This document shows, one piece after another, positions 16,772 to 26,923 of a stretch of 64,000 bases of DNA (positions are counted from its first letter, which is position 1; every line of letters begins with the position of its first letter). The DNA is taken from contig JBDLJA010000008.1 of NCBI GenBank assembly GCA_039714595.1, forward strand, positions 6,565 through 70,564, read 5' to 3'. The translations under genes were made by a program, and so were the position numbers. The notes under the pieces were generated by a model that saw nothing but the letters and a program-made list of their open reading frames with translations, made no database searches and had not been told where the DNA came from. Source of the DNA: Thermodesulfobacteriota bacterium (GTDB lineage Bacteria > Desulfobacterota > Desulfobulbia > Desulfobulbales > SURF-16).

Positions 16772-18079
16772 ATGAAAAAGATAAATATTGGCATTATCGG
16801 TTTTGGCACGGTGGGCAGTGGTACGGCCCAGGTCCTTCATGATCAACTGGAGCGCATGGCGCGGCGCAGCGGTATCGAACTGGTCCTGAAGACGGTGGTG
16901 GAGCAGTTCCCCCGTGATCTGCCAGAGCCCTTTGCCGACGTGCCACTGATTACCTCCATGGCCGAGCTGTGCAGTGACCCGGCCATCGATATTGTCGTGG
17001 AGCTCATCGGCGGCCTGGAGCCGGCCCGCACCTTTGTCCTCCAGGCCATCGAGGCGGGCAAGCATGTGGTCACCGCCAATAAGGCCCTGCTCTCCGAGCA
17101 TGGTATGGAGATCTTTGCCGCGGCCAACAAGGCGGGGGTGGAGGTGGGCTTCGAGGCCAGCGTGGGCGGCGGCATCCCGGTGATCAAGGCGATGAAGGAG
17201 GGGCTGGTGGCCAACCGCATCGACTCCATCAGGGGTATCTTAAACGGTACGGCCAACTATATATTGAGCAAGATGACCAGCGACGGCGCCCCCTTTGCCG
17301 AGGTGCTGAAGGAGGCCCAGGAGAAGGGCTTTGCCGAGGCGGACCCCACCTACGATGTTGAGGGGATCGACACGGCCCACAAGCTGGTTATCCTGATGAC
17401 CATGGCCTACGGCATGCCGGTGCGCCTCTCCGACGTATCCATTGAGGGGATCAGCGCCATTGAGCCCACCGATATCAACTTTGCCAAGGCGTTCGGCCAC
17501 CGGATCAAGCTGCTGGCCATCAGCCGCAACCATGGCGACCACGTGGAGGCCCGGGTCCACCCCACCCTGGTGCCGGAGGACCATCTCCTGGCTGCCATTA
17601 ACGGCCCCATGAACTCGGTCCATATCCATGGCGATATGGTGGGGGACATCCTCCTCTACGGGGCCGGGGCGGGCAAGATGCCCACCGGTTCGGCCGTGGT
17701 GGCCGATATCATGGATATTGCCCGCAACATCGACCGCGACTCGGTCAATCGTGTTCCGGCCCTCTCCTACCTGCCAGAGGAGATGCGCCCGCGGGTCATA
17801 ACCCCCATGGAGCAGCTCCGCTGTCCCTACTACTTCCGCTTCTCCACCGTGGACGCCCCCGGTGTCCTGGCCACCATCGCCGGTATCCTGGGCAAACATG
17901 ATATCTCCATTGAGAGCGTGATCCAGAAGGGCCGCGAGGCGGGCAAGACGGTGCCCATTGTCATGCACACCCATGAGGCGCAAGAGGCCGCGGTGGAGAA
18001 GGCCTTGGCCGAGATCAACTCCTTGGATATTATCACGGCCGACACGGTGAAGATCCGGGTGCTCACCGGCGGGGAGTAA
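16772..18079 (+). CDS. hom: homoserine dehydrogenase
   Basis: NIGIIGFGTVGSG Rossmann motif, a central catalytic region, and a C-terminal ACT-like domain. 435 aa. Confidence 0.9.
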   Translation: MKKINIGIIGFGTVGSGTAQVLHDQLERMARRSGIELVLKTVVEQFPRDLPEPFADVPLITSMAELCSDPAIDIVVELIGGLEPARTFVLQAIEAGKHVVTANKALLSEHGMEIFAAANKAGVEVGFEASVGGGIPVIKAMKEGLVANRIDSIRGILNGTANYILSKMTSDGAPFAEVLKEAQEKGFAEADPTYDVEGIDTAHKLVILMTMAYGMPVRLSDVSIEGISAIEPTDINFAKAFGHRIKLLAISRNHGDHVEARVHPTLVPEDHLLAAINGPMNSVHIHGDMVGDILLYGAGAGKMPTGSAVVADIMDIARNIDRDSVNRVPALSYLPEEMRPRVITPMEQLRCPYYFRFSTVDAPGVLATIAGILGKHDISIESVIQKGREAGKTVPIVMHTHEAQEAAVEKALAEINSLDIITADTVKIRVLTGGE

Positions 18080-18084
18080 GTAAG

Positions 18085-19287
18085 ATGAAGAGCGTGATCC
18101 TGGTGGGCGACGGCATGGGCGATTACCCCGTGGCCGAGCTCGGTGATAAGACGGTGCTGGAGGCGGCCCACACCCCGGCCATGGACGATCTGGCCAGCCG
18201 GGGCCGCGTCGGTCGGCTGCGCACCGTGCCTGATGGCATGGCGCCCGGCTCTGACGTGGCCAACCTCTCCCTCCTGGGCTACCGGCCCGAGGAGTTTTAT
18301 ACCGGCCGATCCCCTTTAGAGGCGGCCAGCCTGGGGGTGGATCTGGGACCAAATGAAATCGCCTTCCGCCTCAACCTGGTCCATACCAGGGAGGAGGGCG
18401 GGCGGCTCACCATGGTGGATTACAGCGGCGGCCACATCTCCACCCTTGAGGCCCATGAGCTCATCGCTGCCCTGCAGGATGCCCTGCCGCTCTCCGGTAA
18501 CCTGGCCCTCTATCCGGGCATCGATTACCGCCATCTCCTGGTCTATCGCGGCCCGGTGGACTCCCTGACCACCGCCCCTCCCCATGATTATTCCGATCAG
18601 GATGTGACCGACTTCTGGCAGGCCTACGCAGCGGTGCCGGAGCTGGCCGCCTTTAACAGGGCGGCAGGCCCCATCCTGGCCGCTCATCCGGTGAATAAAG
18701 AGCGTCAGGCGGCAGGGAAGCGGTCGGCCAATAACGTCTGGCTCTGGGGCGAGGGGATGGCCCCGGCCATTGTCCCCTTAAAGGAGCGGTTCGGGGTGAG
18801 CGGCGCATTGATCTCGGCGGTGGATCTCCTGAAGGGCATCGCTGTCTATGCCGGGATGGAGGTGGTGGAGGTGGCGGGTGCCACCGGCTATCTCGACACC
18901 AACTATGAGGGCAAGGTGAGTGGCGCCCTGGCCGCCCTGAAACGTCACGATCTGGTCTTTGTCCATGTGGAGGCGCCGGACGAGACGGGCCACCAGGGGC
19001 TGGTGGCGGAGAAGGTGCGGGCGGTGGAGGATTTTGACGCCCGGGTGGTGGCGCCGGTTGCCGCTGGCCTGGCGGAGCTGGGGGAGCCGTACCGGCTGGT
19101 GGTCTGCATGGATCACTTCACCCCGCTCGCCCTGCGCACCCACACAGACGACGAGGTACCCCTTGTTATCTTTGCCAGTGAGGCGGAAGGGGAGGGCAGC
19201 GGCCAAGGCTATGACGAGGCGGCCGGCCGGGCCAGTGATCTGGTCTTTGCCAACGGCCAGGAGTTCATGGCCGCGGTGCTGGACTGA
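18085..19287 (+). CDS. cofactor-independent phosphoglycerate mutase (ApgM) family protein; 'proposed homoserine kinase' subgroup
   Basis: VILVGDGMGDYPV..TPAMDDLA N-terminus and HVEAPDETGH metal-site motif of the ApgM family. It sits 5 nt after hom, the context described for the proposed non-orthologous homoserine kinase. Confidence 0.7.
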   Translation: MKSVILVGDGMGDYPVAELGDKTVLEAAHTPAMDDLASRGRVGRLRTVPDGMAPGSDVANLSLLGYRPEEFYTGRSPLEAASLGVDLGPNEIAFRLNLVHTREEGGRLTMVDYSGGHISTLEAHELIAALQDALPLSGNLALYPGIDYRHLLVYRGPVDSLTTAPPHDYSDQDVTDFWQAYAAVPELAAFNRAAGPILAAHPVNKERQAAGKRSANNVWLWGEGMAPAIVPLKERFGVSGALISAVDLLKGIAVYAGMEVVEVAGATGYLDTNYEGKVSGALAALKRHDLVFVHVEAPDETGHQGLVAEKVRAVEDFDARVVAPVAAGLAELGEPYRLVVCMDHFTPLALRTHTDDEVPLVIFASEAEGEGSGQGYDEAAGRASDLVFANGQEFMAAVLD

Positions 19288-19288
19288 T

Positions 19289-19732
19289 ATGGCCACTGAT
19301 CTCAGCCTGACTCTGGCCGAACCGATCCACCAGGTGGAGAGCCGCATCCTCTACGGCGACACCGATGCCGGCGGGGTGGTCTACAACGCCAACTACTCCC
19401 GTTTCTTCGAGCTGGGCCGCGGCTCCTTCATGCGTGAGCTCGCCTTCTCCTACAAGGAGCTGGAGGAGCTTGGTTATGTCCTGCCGGTGGTGGAGACCTA
19501 TCTCCGTTTCAAGGCGCCGGCCCGCTATGACGACCTGATAATTATCAAGACCTGCCTGGCCGCCCTCACCCCGTTCACCTGCCGTTTCCACTGCCACATC
19601 TTCCACGCCGACACGAATCGTCTGCTGGTCAAGGGTTTCACCCAGCACGCGGCGATCAGTCACAGCGGCCGCTTAAGCCGGCTGCCCGCTGGTCACCTGG
19701 CCAAGCTGGAGGCTCTGGTGGCCCGCCGCTAG
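19289..19732 (+). CDS. acyl-CoA thioesterase, 4HBT/YbgC family
   Basis: 147 aa from ATG 19289. RILYGDTDAGGVVYNANYSRFFE is typical of the YbgC/4HBT hot-dog fold. Confidence 0.75.
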   Translation: MATDLSLTLAEPIHQVESRILYGDTDAGGVVYNANYSRFFELGRGSFMRELAFSYKELEELGYVLPVVETYLRFKAPARYDDLIIIKTCLAALTPFTCRFHCHIFHADTNRLLVKGFTQHAAISHSGRLSRLPAGHLAKLEALVARR

Positions 19733-19864
19733 TTTCTTTCTCGCGGCTGATTCTGATTTTGCTGTAAAGCCCCTCCCAATTCTGGGAGCAACATTCCCTC
19801 GCCAGCCGTAGTCAACAACAGGATCTGGATCACTTGCGCCACAGCGCCTCAGTTAATCCGGGGC

Positions 19865-20590
19865 TTAACCCAGCTGTTTCTGGCGCAGGTTGATCTCCGC
19901 CTCTGAGGCGCGGATATAGATGGGCACGGCCGTGGCCGGGTCGCTGAAATCCTCGGCCAGGTAACGGCTGACGGCCAGCTGGCCTAAGGATGCCGCCCGG
20001 GGGAAAAAGCCTTGGCCCGGAGCGAAGTGGGCCAGTGGCCCAAGCTCCGCGCTGATCTCCTCCTGGTAGGGCGGGACCCCGTCGCCGACAAAGAGGGTGG
20101 GCTCCTTAAGCAGGCGGCAGAGTTTGCTGGGCTCCATGACCAGGTAATCGCTGGTTCTGGTCATCACTCCAGCCTGGTTCTGGTAGAGGGCGGTGTACAC
20201 CTCTGATTTGCGGGCATCAAGGATGGGGCAGAGCTGGAGGGAGCAGTGGGGAAATTGGCTGGCCAGGCCGCTCAGGCTGCTGACGCCGATGAGCGGCAGG
20301 CCCGTGGCCAGGGCTAAGCCCTTGATGGTGGCCAGGCCGATGCGCAGGCCGGTGAAGCTGCCCGGTCCCAGACTCACCGCCAAGGCGTCCAGCTCATCCC
20401 ACTCCAGGCCGGTCTCCGCCATGGCCCGCTTCAGGCTGGGTAGCAGCCGCTTTGAGTGGGTCTTGCTGGAGAGCAGGCTCTGTTCATAGAGGCAGCTGCC
20501 CCCGGAAACCAAGGCCACGGAACCGCACATGGTGGAGTTCTCCACGGCCAGGATGAGGGGGGCAGGGCTGTGGATGACGGGGCTTGCCAT
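19865..20590 (-). CDS. tsaB: tRNA threonylcarbamoyladenosine (t6A) biosynthesis protein TsaB
   Basis: CGSVALV..., GPGSFTGLRIGLATIKGLALATGLPLIGVSSL. Confidence 0.8.
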   Translation of the reverse strand: MASPVIHSPAPLILAVENSTMCGSVALVSGGSCLYEQSLLSSKTHSKRLLPSLKRAMAETGLEWDELDALAVSLGPGSFTGLRIGLATIKGLALATGLPLIGVSSLSGLASQFPHCSLQLCPILDARKSEVYTALYQNQAGVMTRTSDYLVMEPSKLCRLLKEPTLFVGDGVPPYQEEISAELGPLAHFAPGQGFFPRAASLGQLAVSRYLAEDFSDPATAVPIYIRASEAEINLRQKQLG

Positions 20591-21666
20591 CAGCTGCTGA
20601 TCATTCGCATGATATCGTTGTAAAAGGCAAAGACCATGAGGGCCACCAGCAGGGCCAGGCCAATCATCTGCAGCTTCTCCATGGCCTGGGCGGTGAGCGG
20701 CTTGCGGCGCACCGCCTCAAGGGAGAAGAAGACCAGGTGACCGCCGTCTAAGACCGGTACCGGCAGGAGGTTGAGGATGCCGAGGTTAACGCTTAAAAAA
20801 CCCATGAAGTAACAGAACTCAAGCCAGCCGGCCCGCATCTGTTTGCCGGCCAGCTGGGCGATGAGGATGGGGCCGCCGATCTCCGAGGCGGGGACCACCC
20901 GCTGGATCATCTTGCCGATGCCAATCACCGTCATACTGATCATCTCCCAGGTCTGCTGGTAGCCGGCGGCCACGCCCTGAACCAGGCTGGCGTCCTCAAA
21001 CTCCATGGCCGACATGTCCCGCTCTACCCCCAAGCGATAGCCCTGGCCGGTGACCTCGCCAAACTCGTTCTTGATGTCCACCTCCTCCGCCTGGGCGGTG
21101 AGAGTCACCTTTTCCTCGCCGCGCAACACCGTTATCTCTAAAGGTGCCCCGGCCGAATTGGTCACTACGTGATAGACCTCCGACCAGTCGCTGATCTCCT
21201 GGTGGTTGATGCGCAGGAACTGGTCGCCGCTCACTAAGCCAGCCGCCTCTCCGGCCCCGCCTTCCATCACCTTGCCGATCATGGTGGTGGGGCGCAGGAT
21301 GGGCAGGCCGATGATGGAGAAGATAACGGCGAACATGACAAAGGTGAAGAACAGGTTGGAGAATGGCCCGGCAAAGACCACGAGAAAGCGCTGCCACACC
21401 GGTTTGTTGGCAAAGGCGCGGGGGACGTCCGTCTCGCTCACCTCCTCGCTGCCCTGCTCACCCACCATCTTCACGTAGCCGCCCAGGGGCAGGGCGGAGA
21501 TCAGATATTCGGTCTCCCCCCAGCGCTTGCCCACCATCTTGGGGCCGAAGCCTAAGGAAAATTTGGTGACCTTGACATTGAAAAGCTTGGCCACGAGGAA
21601 ATGGCCCAGTTCATGGACAAAGATCAGGATGCCCAGGACGAGAATGAAGGATAGGATGGTGGTCAT
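20590..21666 (-). CDS. rseP: RIP metalloprotease RseP (site-2 protease, M50)
   Basis: HELGHFLVAKLF zinc motif, a PDZ-like middle region, and NLLPVPVLDGGH. Confidence 0.9.
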   Translation of the reverse strand: MTTILSFILVLGILIFVHELGHFLVAKLFNVKVTKFSLGFGPKMVGKRWGETEYLISALPLGGYVKMVGEQGSEEVSETDVPRAFANKPVWQRFLVVFAGPFSNLFFTFVMFAVIFSIIGLPILRPTTMIGKVMEGGAGEAAGLVSGDQFLRINHQEISDWSEVYHVVTNSAGAPLEITVLRGEEKVTLTAQAEEVDIKNEFGEVTGQGYRLGVERDMSAMEFEDASLVQGVAAGYQQTWEMISMTVIGIGKMIQRVVPASEIGGPILIAQLAGKQMRAGWLEFCYFMGFLSVNLGILNLLPVPVLDGGHLVFFSLEAVRRKPLTAQAMEKLQMIGLALLVALMVFAFYNDIMRMISS

Positions 21667-21741
21667 ATTTTTATTGCGTTATAGGGTGCGGCTTGGGGCG
21701 CCGGCTTTTGGCCATGCCCCCCGGATAAGTTTAGTTTGCTG

Positions 21742-22023
21742 CTATTTGTAGAGGCAGAGATAGGAGCTCTCGACGCTCACCTTGACGCCGAATTTGACAT
21801 CCTTGGCCACCTCAAACTCCTCACCGGCCTTAAAGGTCTGCCAGGAGTCGCTGTCCGGCAGTTTAATCTCCAGTTGGCCTGATACCACCCGCATGATCTC
21901 CACGCTGGCGGTGCCGAATTCATAGTCGCCCGGGGCCATGACGCCGATGGTGGCCGGCCCCTCCTCACTGGTGAAAGCGATGGACTTCACCTTGCCGTCA
22001 AAGTATTCGTTTGTCTTGAACAT
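21742..22023 (-). CDS. ppnP: pyrimidine/purine nucleoside phosphorylase PpnP (DUF1255)
   Basis: [17 protein letters not shown]...YLCLY closely parallels E. coli PpnP/YaiE (94 aa). Start set at ATG 22023 rather than TTG 22050. Confidence 0.75.
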   Translation of the reverse strand: MFKTNEYFDGKVKSIAFTSEEGPATIGVMAPGDYEFGTASVEIMRVVSGQLEIKLPDSDSWQTFKAGEEFEVAKDVKFGVKVSVESSYLCLYK

Positions 22024-22085
22024 TTTTTTTACCTTTTTATTAACCTTCAAGAGATGGTTGCTCTCGTGAAACAGGGGGGCAGCCT

Positions 22086-23261
22086 TCAGGGGCTTTGGCC
22101 CTGCAGCTCTTCGACAACGGTCTCGGCCTGCTGTCTGGCCCAGAGGTCGGCGGCCAGTACCGTGGCAATGCTTTTCAGCTCCTGGCGGGCGTGACGCTCC
22201 ATGGTCGCGGCCACCACCCGGGCAATCTCCGGAAAGCGGATCTTCTCGGCCAGGAAGGAGGCCACGGCGATCTCATTGGCGCCATTAAGCACGGCGGGCA
22301 GGGTGCCCCCCTGCTCGCAGGCCCAGTAGGCCAGCTCCAGGGCCGGAAAGCGGTTAAAGTCGGGGGGCTGAAAGGTGAGGGGTGGCATCTCGGTTAGCCC
22401 CAGCCGGGGGAGACTAACCGGCAGGCGGCCCGGGTGGGCCAGGGCGTAGGCGATGGGGATGCGCATGTCCGGGATGCCCATCTGGGAGATCACTGAACCA
22501 TCGATGAACTCCACCATGGAGTGGACAATGGACTGGGGATGGATGACCACCTCAATGTCTGCTAGCTCCGTGTTAAAGAGGTATTTTGCCTCGATTACCT
22601 CCAAGCCCTTATTCATCAAGGTGGCGGAGTCGATGGAGATCTTGGCCCCCATATCCCAGTTGGGATGGTCCAGGGCCTGGGCCGGGCTCACCTCCCACAG
22701 CTCCTCGCTCTCTTTGGCCCGGAAGGGGCCGCCGGAGGCGGTGAGGATTATCTTGTGGACATCCTGGCGGCGGCCGGCGTCCAGGGCCTGGAAAATGGCG
22801 TTATGCTCCGAGTCAATGGGCAGGAGACTGACCCCATGCTCGGCCACCGCCCCCATGATCAGGTCACCGGCCATGACCAGGGTCTCTTTGTTGGCCAGGG
22901 CCACATCCTTACCATGTTTAATGGCGGCCAGGGTGGGGAGGAGACCGGCCGCTCCCACGATGGCCGAGACCACCGTGTCTGTTTCGCTATGACACGCCAC
23001 CTTGCTGTTGCCTTCCCGGCCATGGAGCACCTGGCCTTGCCAGGCCGGGTCCAGGAGCTGCCCGAGCTCCGCGGCCAGCTCAGGGGTGGCCACGGAGACA
23101 AGCTGGGGCTTGAACTCCTTTATCTGTTCACTGAGCAGGTGGATATTGTTGCCGGCGGCCAGGGCCGCCACCTGGAAACGGTCAGGAAATTGGCGGACAA
23201 TAGCAAGGGTCGCGGTGCCGATGGAGCCGGTGGAGCCGAGGATGGAAAGGGTTTTGCTCAT
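22086..23261 (-). CDS. dxr: 1-deoxy-D-xylulose 5-phosphate reductoisomerase
   Basis: [20 protein letters not shown] and DSEH motifs. Confidence 0.95.
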   Translation of the reverse strand: MSKTLSILGSTGSIGTATLAIVRQFPDRFQVAALAAGNNIHLLSEQIKEFKPQLVSVATPELAAELGQLLDPAWQGQVLHGREGNSKVACHSETDTVVSAIVGAAGLLPTLAAIKHGKDVALANKETLVMAGDLIMGAVAEHGVSLLPIDSEHNAIFQALDAGRRQDVHKIILTASGGPFRAKESEELWEVSPAQALDHPNWDMGAKISIDSATLMNKGLEVIEAKYLFNTELADIEVVIHPQSIVHSMVEFIDGSVISQMGIPDMRIPIAYALAHPGRLPVSLPRLGLTEMPPLTFQPPDFNRFPALELAYWACEQGGTLPAVLNGANEIAVASFLAEKIRFPEIARVVAATMERHARQELKSIATVLAADLWARQQAETVVEELQGQSP

Positions 23262-24052
23262 AACAGCTGCAGATGGAGGATGTAGTAGAGGGATGGGGCG
23301 CAGAAGAGCAGGGAGTCCACCCGGTCAAGGATGCCGCCATGGCCTGGGATCAGGTGGCTGGAGTCCTTCACCCCGCTGGCCCGCTTGATGATCGATTCAC
23401 TCAAATCGCCAATAACCCCCAGGCAGCAGAGGAGGGCGGCGACAACGGCCAGGGCGGCTAGATTGGTCTGGGGCAGAAAAAAGTAGCCGAATATGGTGGT
23501 CACCGCAGTGCCGGAGACAACGCCGCCCACAAAGCCCTCCACCGTCTTGCCCGGGCTGATATGGGGGCTGAGCTTATGGCTGCCCCACGCCTTACCGCAG
23601 AAGTAGGCCCCGGAGTCGGAGGCGATGGTTATGGTGGAGAGGATGAGCAGCCAGATAACCCCATGCTCCAGGGTGACCAGGAGGAGGATGTGGGGGATGG
23701 TAAAACCGATATAGGCCAAGCCCAACAGCCGGTTGTTGAACTGGTCAAAGGGGGGGCGGCCCGGGCCGGCGCTGAAGACGGTCCAGCTGGCGTGGAGAAC
23801 CAGGCCAGCCGCCAAGGCGGCCAGGAGGAGATCATGGCTGCCGCCCTTAACCAGGATGAAGACGGGCAGTCCGGTGATAATGATGGCCGACAGGCGGGAG
23901 GCGCCTCTCTCTCCCCGCATGGTGAAAAATTCATAGCCCCCCAGGATGGCCAGCAGGCAGGAGGCGAGCCAGAAGAGAGAAAAGTTGTTCAGGTAGAGCA
24001 GGGCCAACCAGGCCAGGAGCATCAGAACCCCGGAGATAATCCTAGTTTTCAT
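23258..24052 (-). CDS. cdsA: phosphatidate cytidylyltransferase
   Basis: Multi-TM protein. C-terminal SESIIKRASGVKDSSHLIPGHGGILDRVDS signature. 4-nt overlaps on both sides. Confidence 0.9.
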   Translation of the reverse strand: MKTRIISGVLMLLAWLALLYLNNFSLFWLASCLLAILGGYEFFTMRGERGASRLSAIIITGLPVFILVKGGSHDLLLAALAAGLVLHASWTVFSAGPGRPPFDQFNNRLLGLAYIGFTIPHILLLVTLEHGVIWLLILSTITIASDSGAYFCGKAWGSHKLSPHISPGKTVEGFVGGVVSGTAVTTIFGYFFLPQTNLAALAVVAALLCCLGVIGDLSESIIKRASGVKDSSHLIPGHGGILDRVDSLLFCAPSLYYILHLQLL

Positions 24053-24807
24053 GGCGTGTCGCTACCTACTAAGGCGCCGGCGGCGGTGGTTATCTGCTCA
24101 CCGGTGTGGCCAAAACGGCGCTGCCGCCGGTGAAAATCATTGATGGCCCCCTGGAGATCAACCTCCTTGAAATCGGGCCAGGGGGTGTCGGTGAAATAGA
24201 TCTCGGCGTAGGAGGATTGCCAGAGGAGGAAGTTGGAGAGACGCGCCTCGCCGCCGGTGCGGATGATCAGGTCTGGATCGGGCAGGGCGGCGGTGTCCAG
24301 GTGGGCGCTCATCATGGTCTCGTCGATCTGCTCCGGCCGGATCGTTCCCTGGACACAGTTGTCGGCTATGGTTCGGATGGCGCGGAGCATCTCGTCCCGG
24401 CCCCCGTAGCTTAGGGCCAGGTTAAGGACCATGGTGCGGCAGGAGGCCGTCTTGGCCATGGTCTCCTCAAGGGTCTGGCCCACCGATTTGGGCAGCTTGT
24501 CGGTCTGGCCGATGGTGTGCAGGCGGATGTCGTGCTTGAGCATCTCTTTAAGCTCACTGGCCAGAAAGGAGTTGAGCAGCTCCATCAACCCCTTCACCTC
24601 AGCCTTGGGCCGTTGCCAGTTTTCAGTGGAGAAGGCGTAGAGGGTTAAGACCTCCACCCCCAGGCGGCGGCACTCTGCGACGATGCGGCGGACGCTCTTC
24701 ACCCCGGCCCGGTGGCCCATGAGACGGATCATACCGCGGGACTTGGCCCAGCGGCCGTTGCCATCCATGATTATGGCGATATGGCGGGGGGCACCAAGGA
24801 AAGTCAT
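24049..24807 (-). CDS. uppS: isoprenyl transferase (undecaprenyl diphosphate synthase)
   Basis: HIAIIMDGNGRWA and RTGGEARLSNFLLWQ motifs. Confidence 0.95.
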   Translation of the reverse strand: MTFLGAPRHIAIIMDGNGRWAKSRGMIRLMGHRAGVKSVRRIVAECRRLGVEVLTLYAFSTENWQRPKAEVKGLMELLNSFLASELKEMLKHDIRLHTIGQTDKLPKSVGQTLEETMAKTASCRTMVLNLALSYGGRDEMLRAIRTIADNCVQGTIRPEQIDETMMSAHLDTAALPDPDLIIRTGGEARLSNFLLWQSSYAEIYFTDTPWPDFKEVDLQGAINDFHRRQRRFGHTGEQITTAAGALVGSDTP

Positions 24808-24810
24808 GGG

Positions 24811-25362
24811 TTAAACCGCCATTACCTCTTTTTCCTTGTCCGCCAGGGCCTCTTCGATCATCTTGATGAACTTGTCCGTCTCTTTCTGCGCCTCGTCCTG
24901 GTTGCGGAACAGGTCGTCCTCGGTGATATCTTTGTCCTTCTTCTGTTTCTTCAGGACGTCATTGGCCTCGCGCCGGGCGGAGCGGATATTCACCCGGTAA
25001 TCCTCGCAGGTCTGTTTCACCTGCTTGACCAGCTCCTTGCGCCGCTCCTCGGTGAGCTGGGGGATGGTGATTCTGATTATCTTGCCGTCGTTGGCCGGGG
25101 TCAGCCCCAGGTTGGCCTTGAGGATCGCCTTTTCAATGGCGGGCAGCACCTGGGGATCCCAGGGCTGAATAACGATAACCCGGCTCTCCGGGGTGGTGAT
25201 GGTGGCCACCTGATTCACCGGCATCATGGCGCCATACGACTCCACCTTGATAGAGTCGAACATGTCCACCGAGGCGCGGCCGGTGCGGATCTTGGCCAGT
25301 TCCCGCCGGAAGGCGTCCATGGACTTGGTCATCTTTTCTGTCATTTCGGCAAGTACAGTCAT
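24811..25362 (-). CDS. frr: ribosome recycling factor
   Basis: 184 aa from the internal ATG. ...FRRELAKIRTGRASVDMFD... Confidence 0.9.
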   Translation of the reverse strand: MTVLAEMTEKMTKSMDAFRRELAKIRTGRASVDMFDSIKVESYGAMMPVNQVATITTPESRVIVIQPWDPQVLPAIEKAILKANLGLTPANDGKIIRITIPQLTEERRKELVKQVKQTCEDYRVNIRSARREANDVLKKQKKDKDITEDDLFRNQDEAQKETDKFIKMIEEALADKEKEVMAV

Positions 25363-25367
25363 CCTAA

Positions 25368-26087
25368 TCACGCTCCTTTGATCAATGTGCCCACCTGGGC
25401 GCCACACACGGCTTGTTCAATATTGCCGGGTATATTCAGGTCAAATACTAGTAACTTATGGTTGTTTTCCATGGCCAGGGAGATCGCCGCCGCGTCCATC
25501 ACCGCCAGACGCCGGTCCAGCACCTCAGAAAATGTAAGCTGGTCAAATTTCACCGCGTCATCGTGGATGAGGGGGTCTTTGTCATAGACGCCATTTACCC
25601 GGGTGGCCTTGCAGATCAGCTGGGCCCCTATCTCCAGGCCCCGCAAGACCCCGGCCGTGTCGGTGGTGAAGTAGGGGTTGCCGGTGCCGGCCGCGAATAT
25701 GACCGCCTGGCCCGCCGCCATATGCGCCAGGGCCCGGCGCTGGGAATAGGGCTCGCACACCGTCTCCATGGGGATGGCGGAGAGAACCGCGGTGGGGATG
25801 TTCTTCTGGTCCAGGGTGTCCTTCAGGGCCAGGCTGTTCATCACCGTGGCCAGCATACCCATATTATCGGCCGCGGCCCGGTTCATCCCTTCAGCGGAGC
25901 CGGAGACGCCGCGGAACAGGTTGCCGGCCCCGATCACCAGCCCCACCTCCACGCCAAGGCGGGCAACCTTGCCAATTTCATCAGCCACATAGTCTAAAAC
26001 CGCGTGGCTGATGCCAAAGGCGGCGTCACCCATCAGGGCCTCGCCGCTTAATTTGATCAAGACGCGTTTATACTTGGCTTGGGGCAT
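25368..26087 (-). CDS. pyrH: UMP kinase
   Basis: YKRVLIKLSGEAL and GAGNLFRG motifs. Start set at the second ATG (26087), with GAGG upstream. Confidence 0.9.
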   Translation of the reverse strand: MPQAKYKRVLIKLSGEALMGDAAFGISHAVLDYVADEIGKVARLGVEVGLVIGAGNLFRGVSGSAEGMNRAAADNMGMLATVMNSLALKDTLDQKNIPTAVLSAIPMETVCEPYSQRRALAHMAAGQAVIFAAGTGNPYFTTDTAGVLRGLEIGAQLICKATRVNGVYDKDPLIHDDAVKFDQLTFSEVLDRRLAVMDAAAISLAMENNHKLLVFDLNIPGNIEQAVCGAQVGTLIKGA

Positions 26088-26137
26088 GGTTTGCCTCACT
26101 GTCAGAGTTTTTTTTGTTTTTTCTTTGGGTCAGGGCC

Positions 26138-26188
26138 AAAAAAAAGGAGTGACAAGGGGGGCTTACAGGCCCACCTTGGTCACTCCTT
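26138..26188 (-). terminator. rho-independent terminator after tsf
   Basis: On the minus strand, AAGGAGTGAC(C)AAGG / CCTTGTCACTCCTT stem followed by a T8 run. Confidence 0.75.
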
Positions 26189-26201
26189 GTCCTGCGATGA
26201 T

Positions 26202-26795
26202 CTAAGCGCCGACCTGGAAACGGGCAAAACGCTTGATGGAGATGTTTTCTCCCAGGGTGGAGATTACCTCGTTGAGTTTGTCCTGGATGGTGACATCCGG
26301 GTCCTTGATGTACTTCTGCTCCATGAGGCACACCTCGGAGTAGTACTTGTCGATCTTACCGCTGACGATCTTCTCGATGATATTGGCCGGCTTGCCGGAA
26401 TCGGCGGCCTGCTTCTCGTAGATCGCCTGTTCCCGGGCCAGGACATCGGCCGGAACATCTTCACGTTTAACACCCACCGGGTTGCTGCCGGCAACGTGCA
26501 TGGCGATGTCACGGGCGAACTCCTTGAAGCCGTCGGTCTTGGCGACAAAGTCGGTCTCGCAACCAACCTCCACCATGGCGGCCAGTTTGCCGCCGGCGTG
26601 GATATAGGTCTCAATCACGCCCTCACTGGTGGCCCGGTCGGCCCGTTTGGCGGCAATGGCCAAGCCCTTCTGGCGCAGGAAATCCTGGGCCTTGTCCATG
26701 TCGCCGTCATACTCCACCAGGGCCTTCTTGCAGTCCATCATGCCCGCGTTGGTCTTGTCGCGGAGTTCTTTAACCATTTGACTTGTAATTTTCAC
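26202..26795 (-). CDS. tsf: translation elongation factor Ts (short form)
   Basis: MVKELRDKTNAGMMDCKKAL UBA-like N-terminus. 197 aa. Confidence 0.9.
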   Translation of the reverse strand: MKITSQMVKELRDKTNAGMMDCKKALVEYDGDMDKAQDFLRQKGLAIAAKRADRATSEGVIETYIHAGGKLAAMVEVGCETDFVAKTDGFKEFARDIAMHVAGSNPVGVKREDVPADVLAREQAIYEKQAADSGKPANIIEKIVSGKIDKYYSEVCLMEQKYIKDPDVTIQDKLNEVISTLGENISIKRFARFQVGA

Positions 26796-26843
26796 AGCTT
26801 ATCCATCCTTAAAATAAATCTTGCGCCTATGATGGCGCTTTAT

Positions 26844-26886
26844 GAAAAAAACCGCCTTTGACCGGTGAACGGCTGGCAAAGGCGGT
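26844..26886 (-). terminator. intrinsic terminator or attenuator between rpsB and tsf
   Basis: On the minus strand, 10-bp stem ACCGCCTTTG/CAAAGGCGGT followed by T7. Confidence 0.7.
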
Positions 26887-26923
26887 ATTCTAACCCCTCA
26901 TAACTTGTCTTTGGGGAGTGGCC

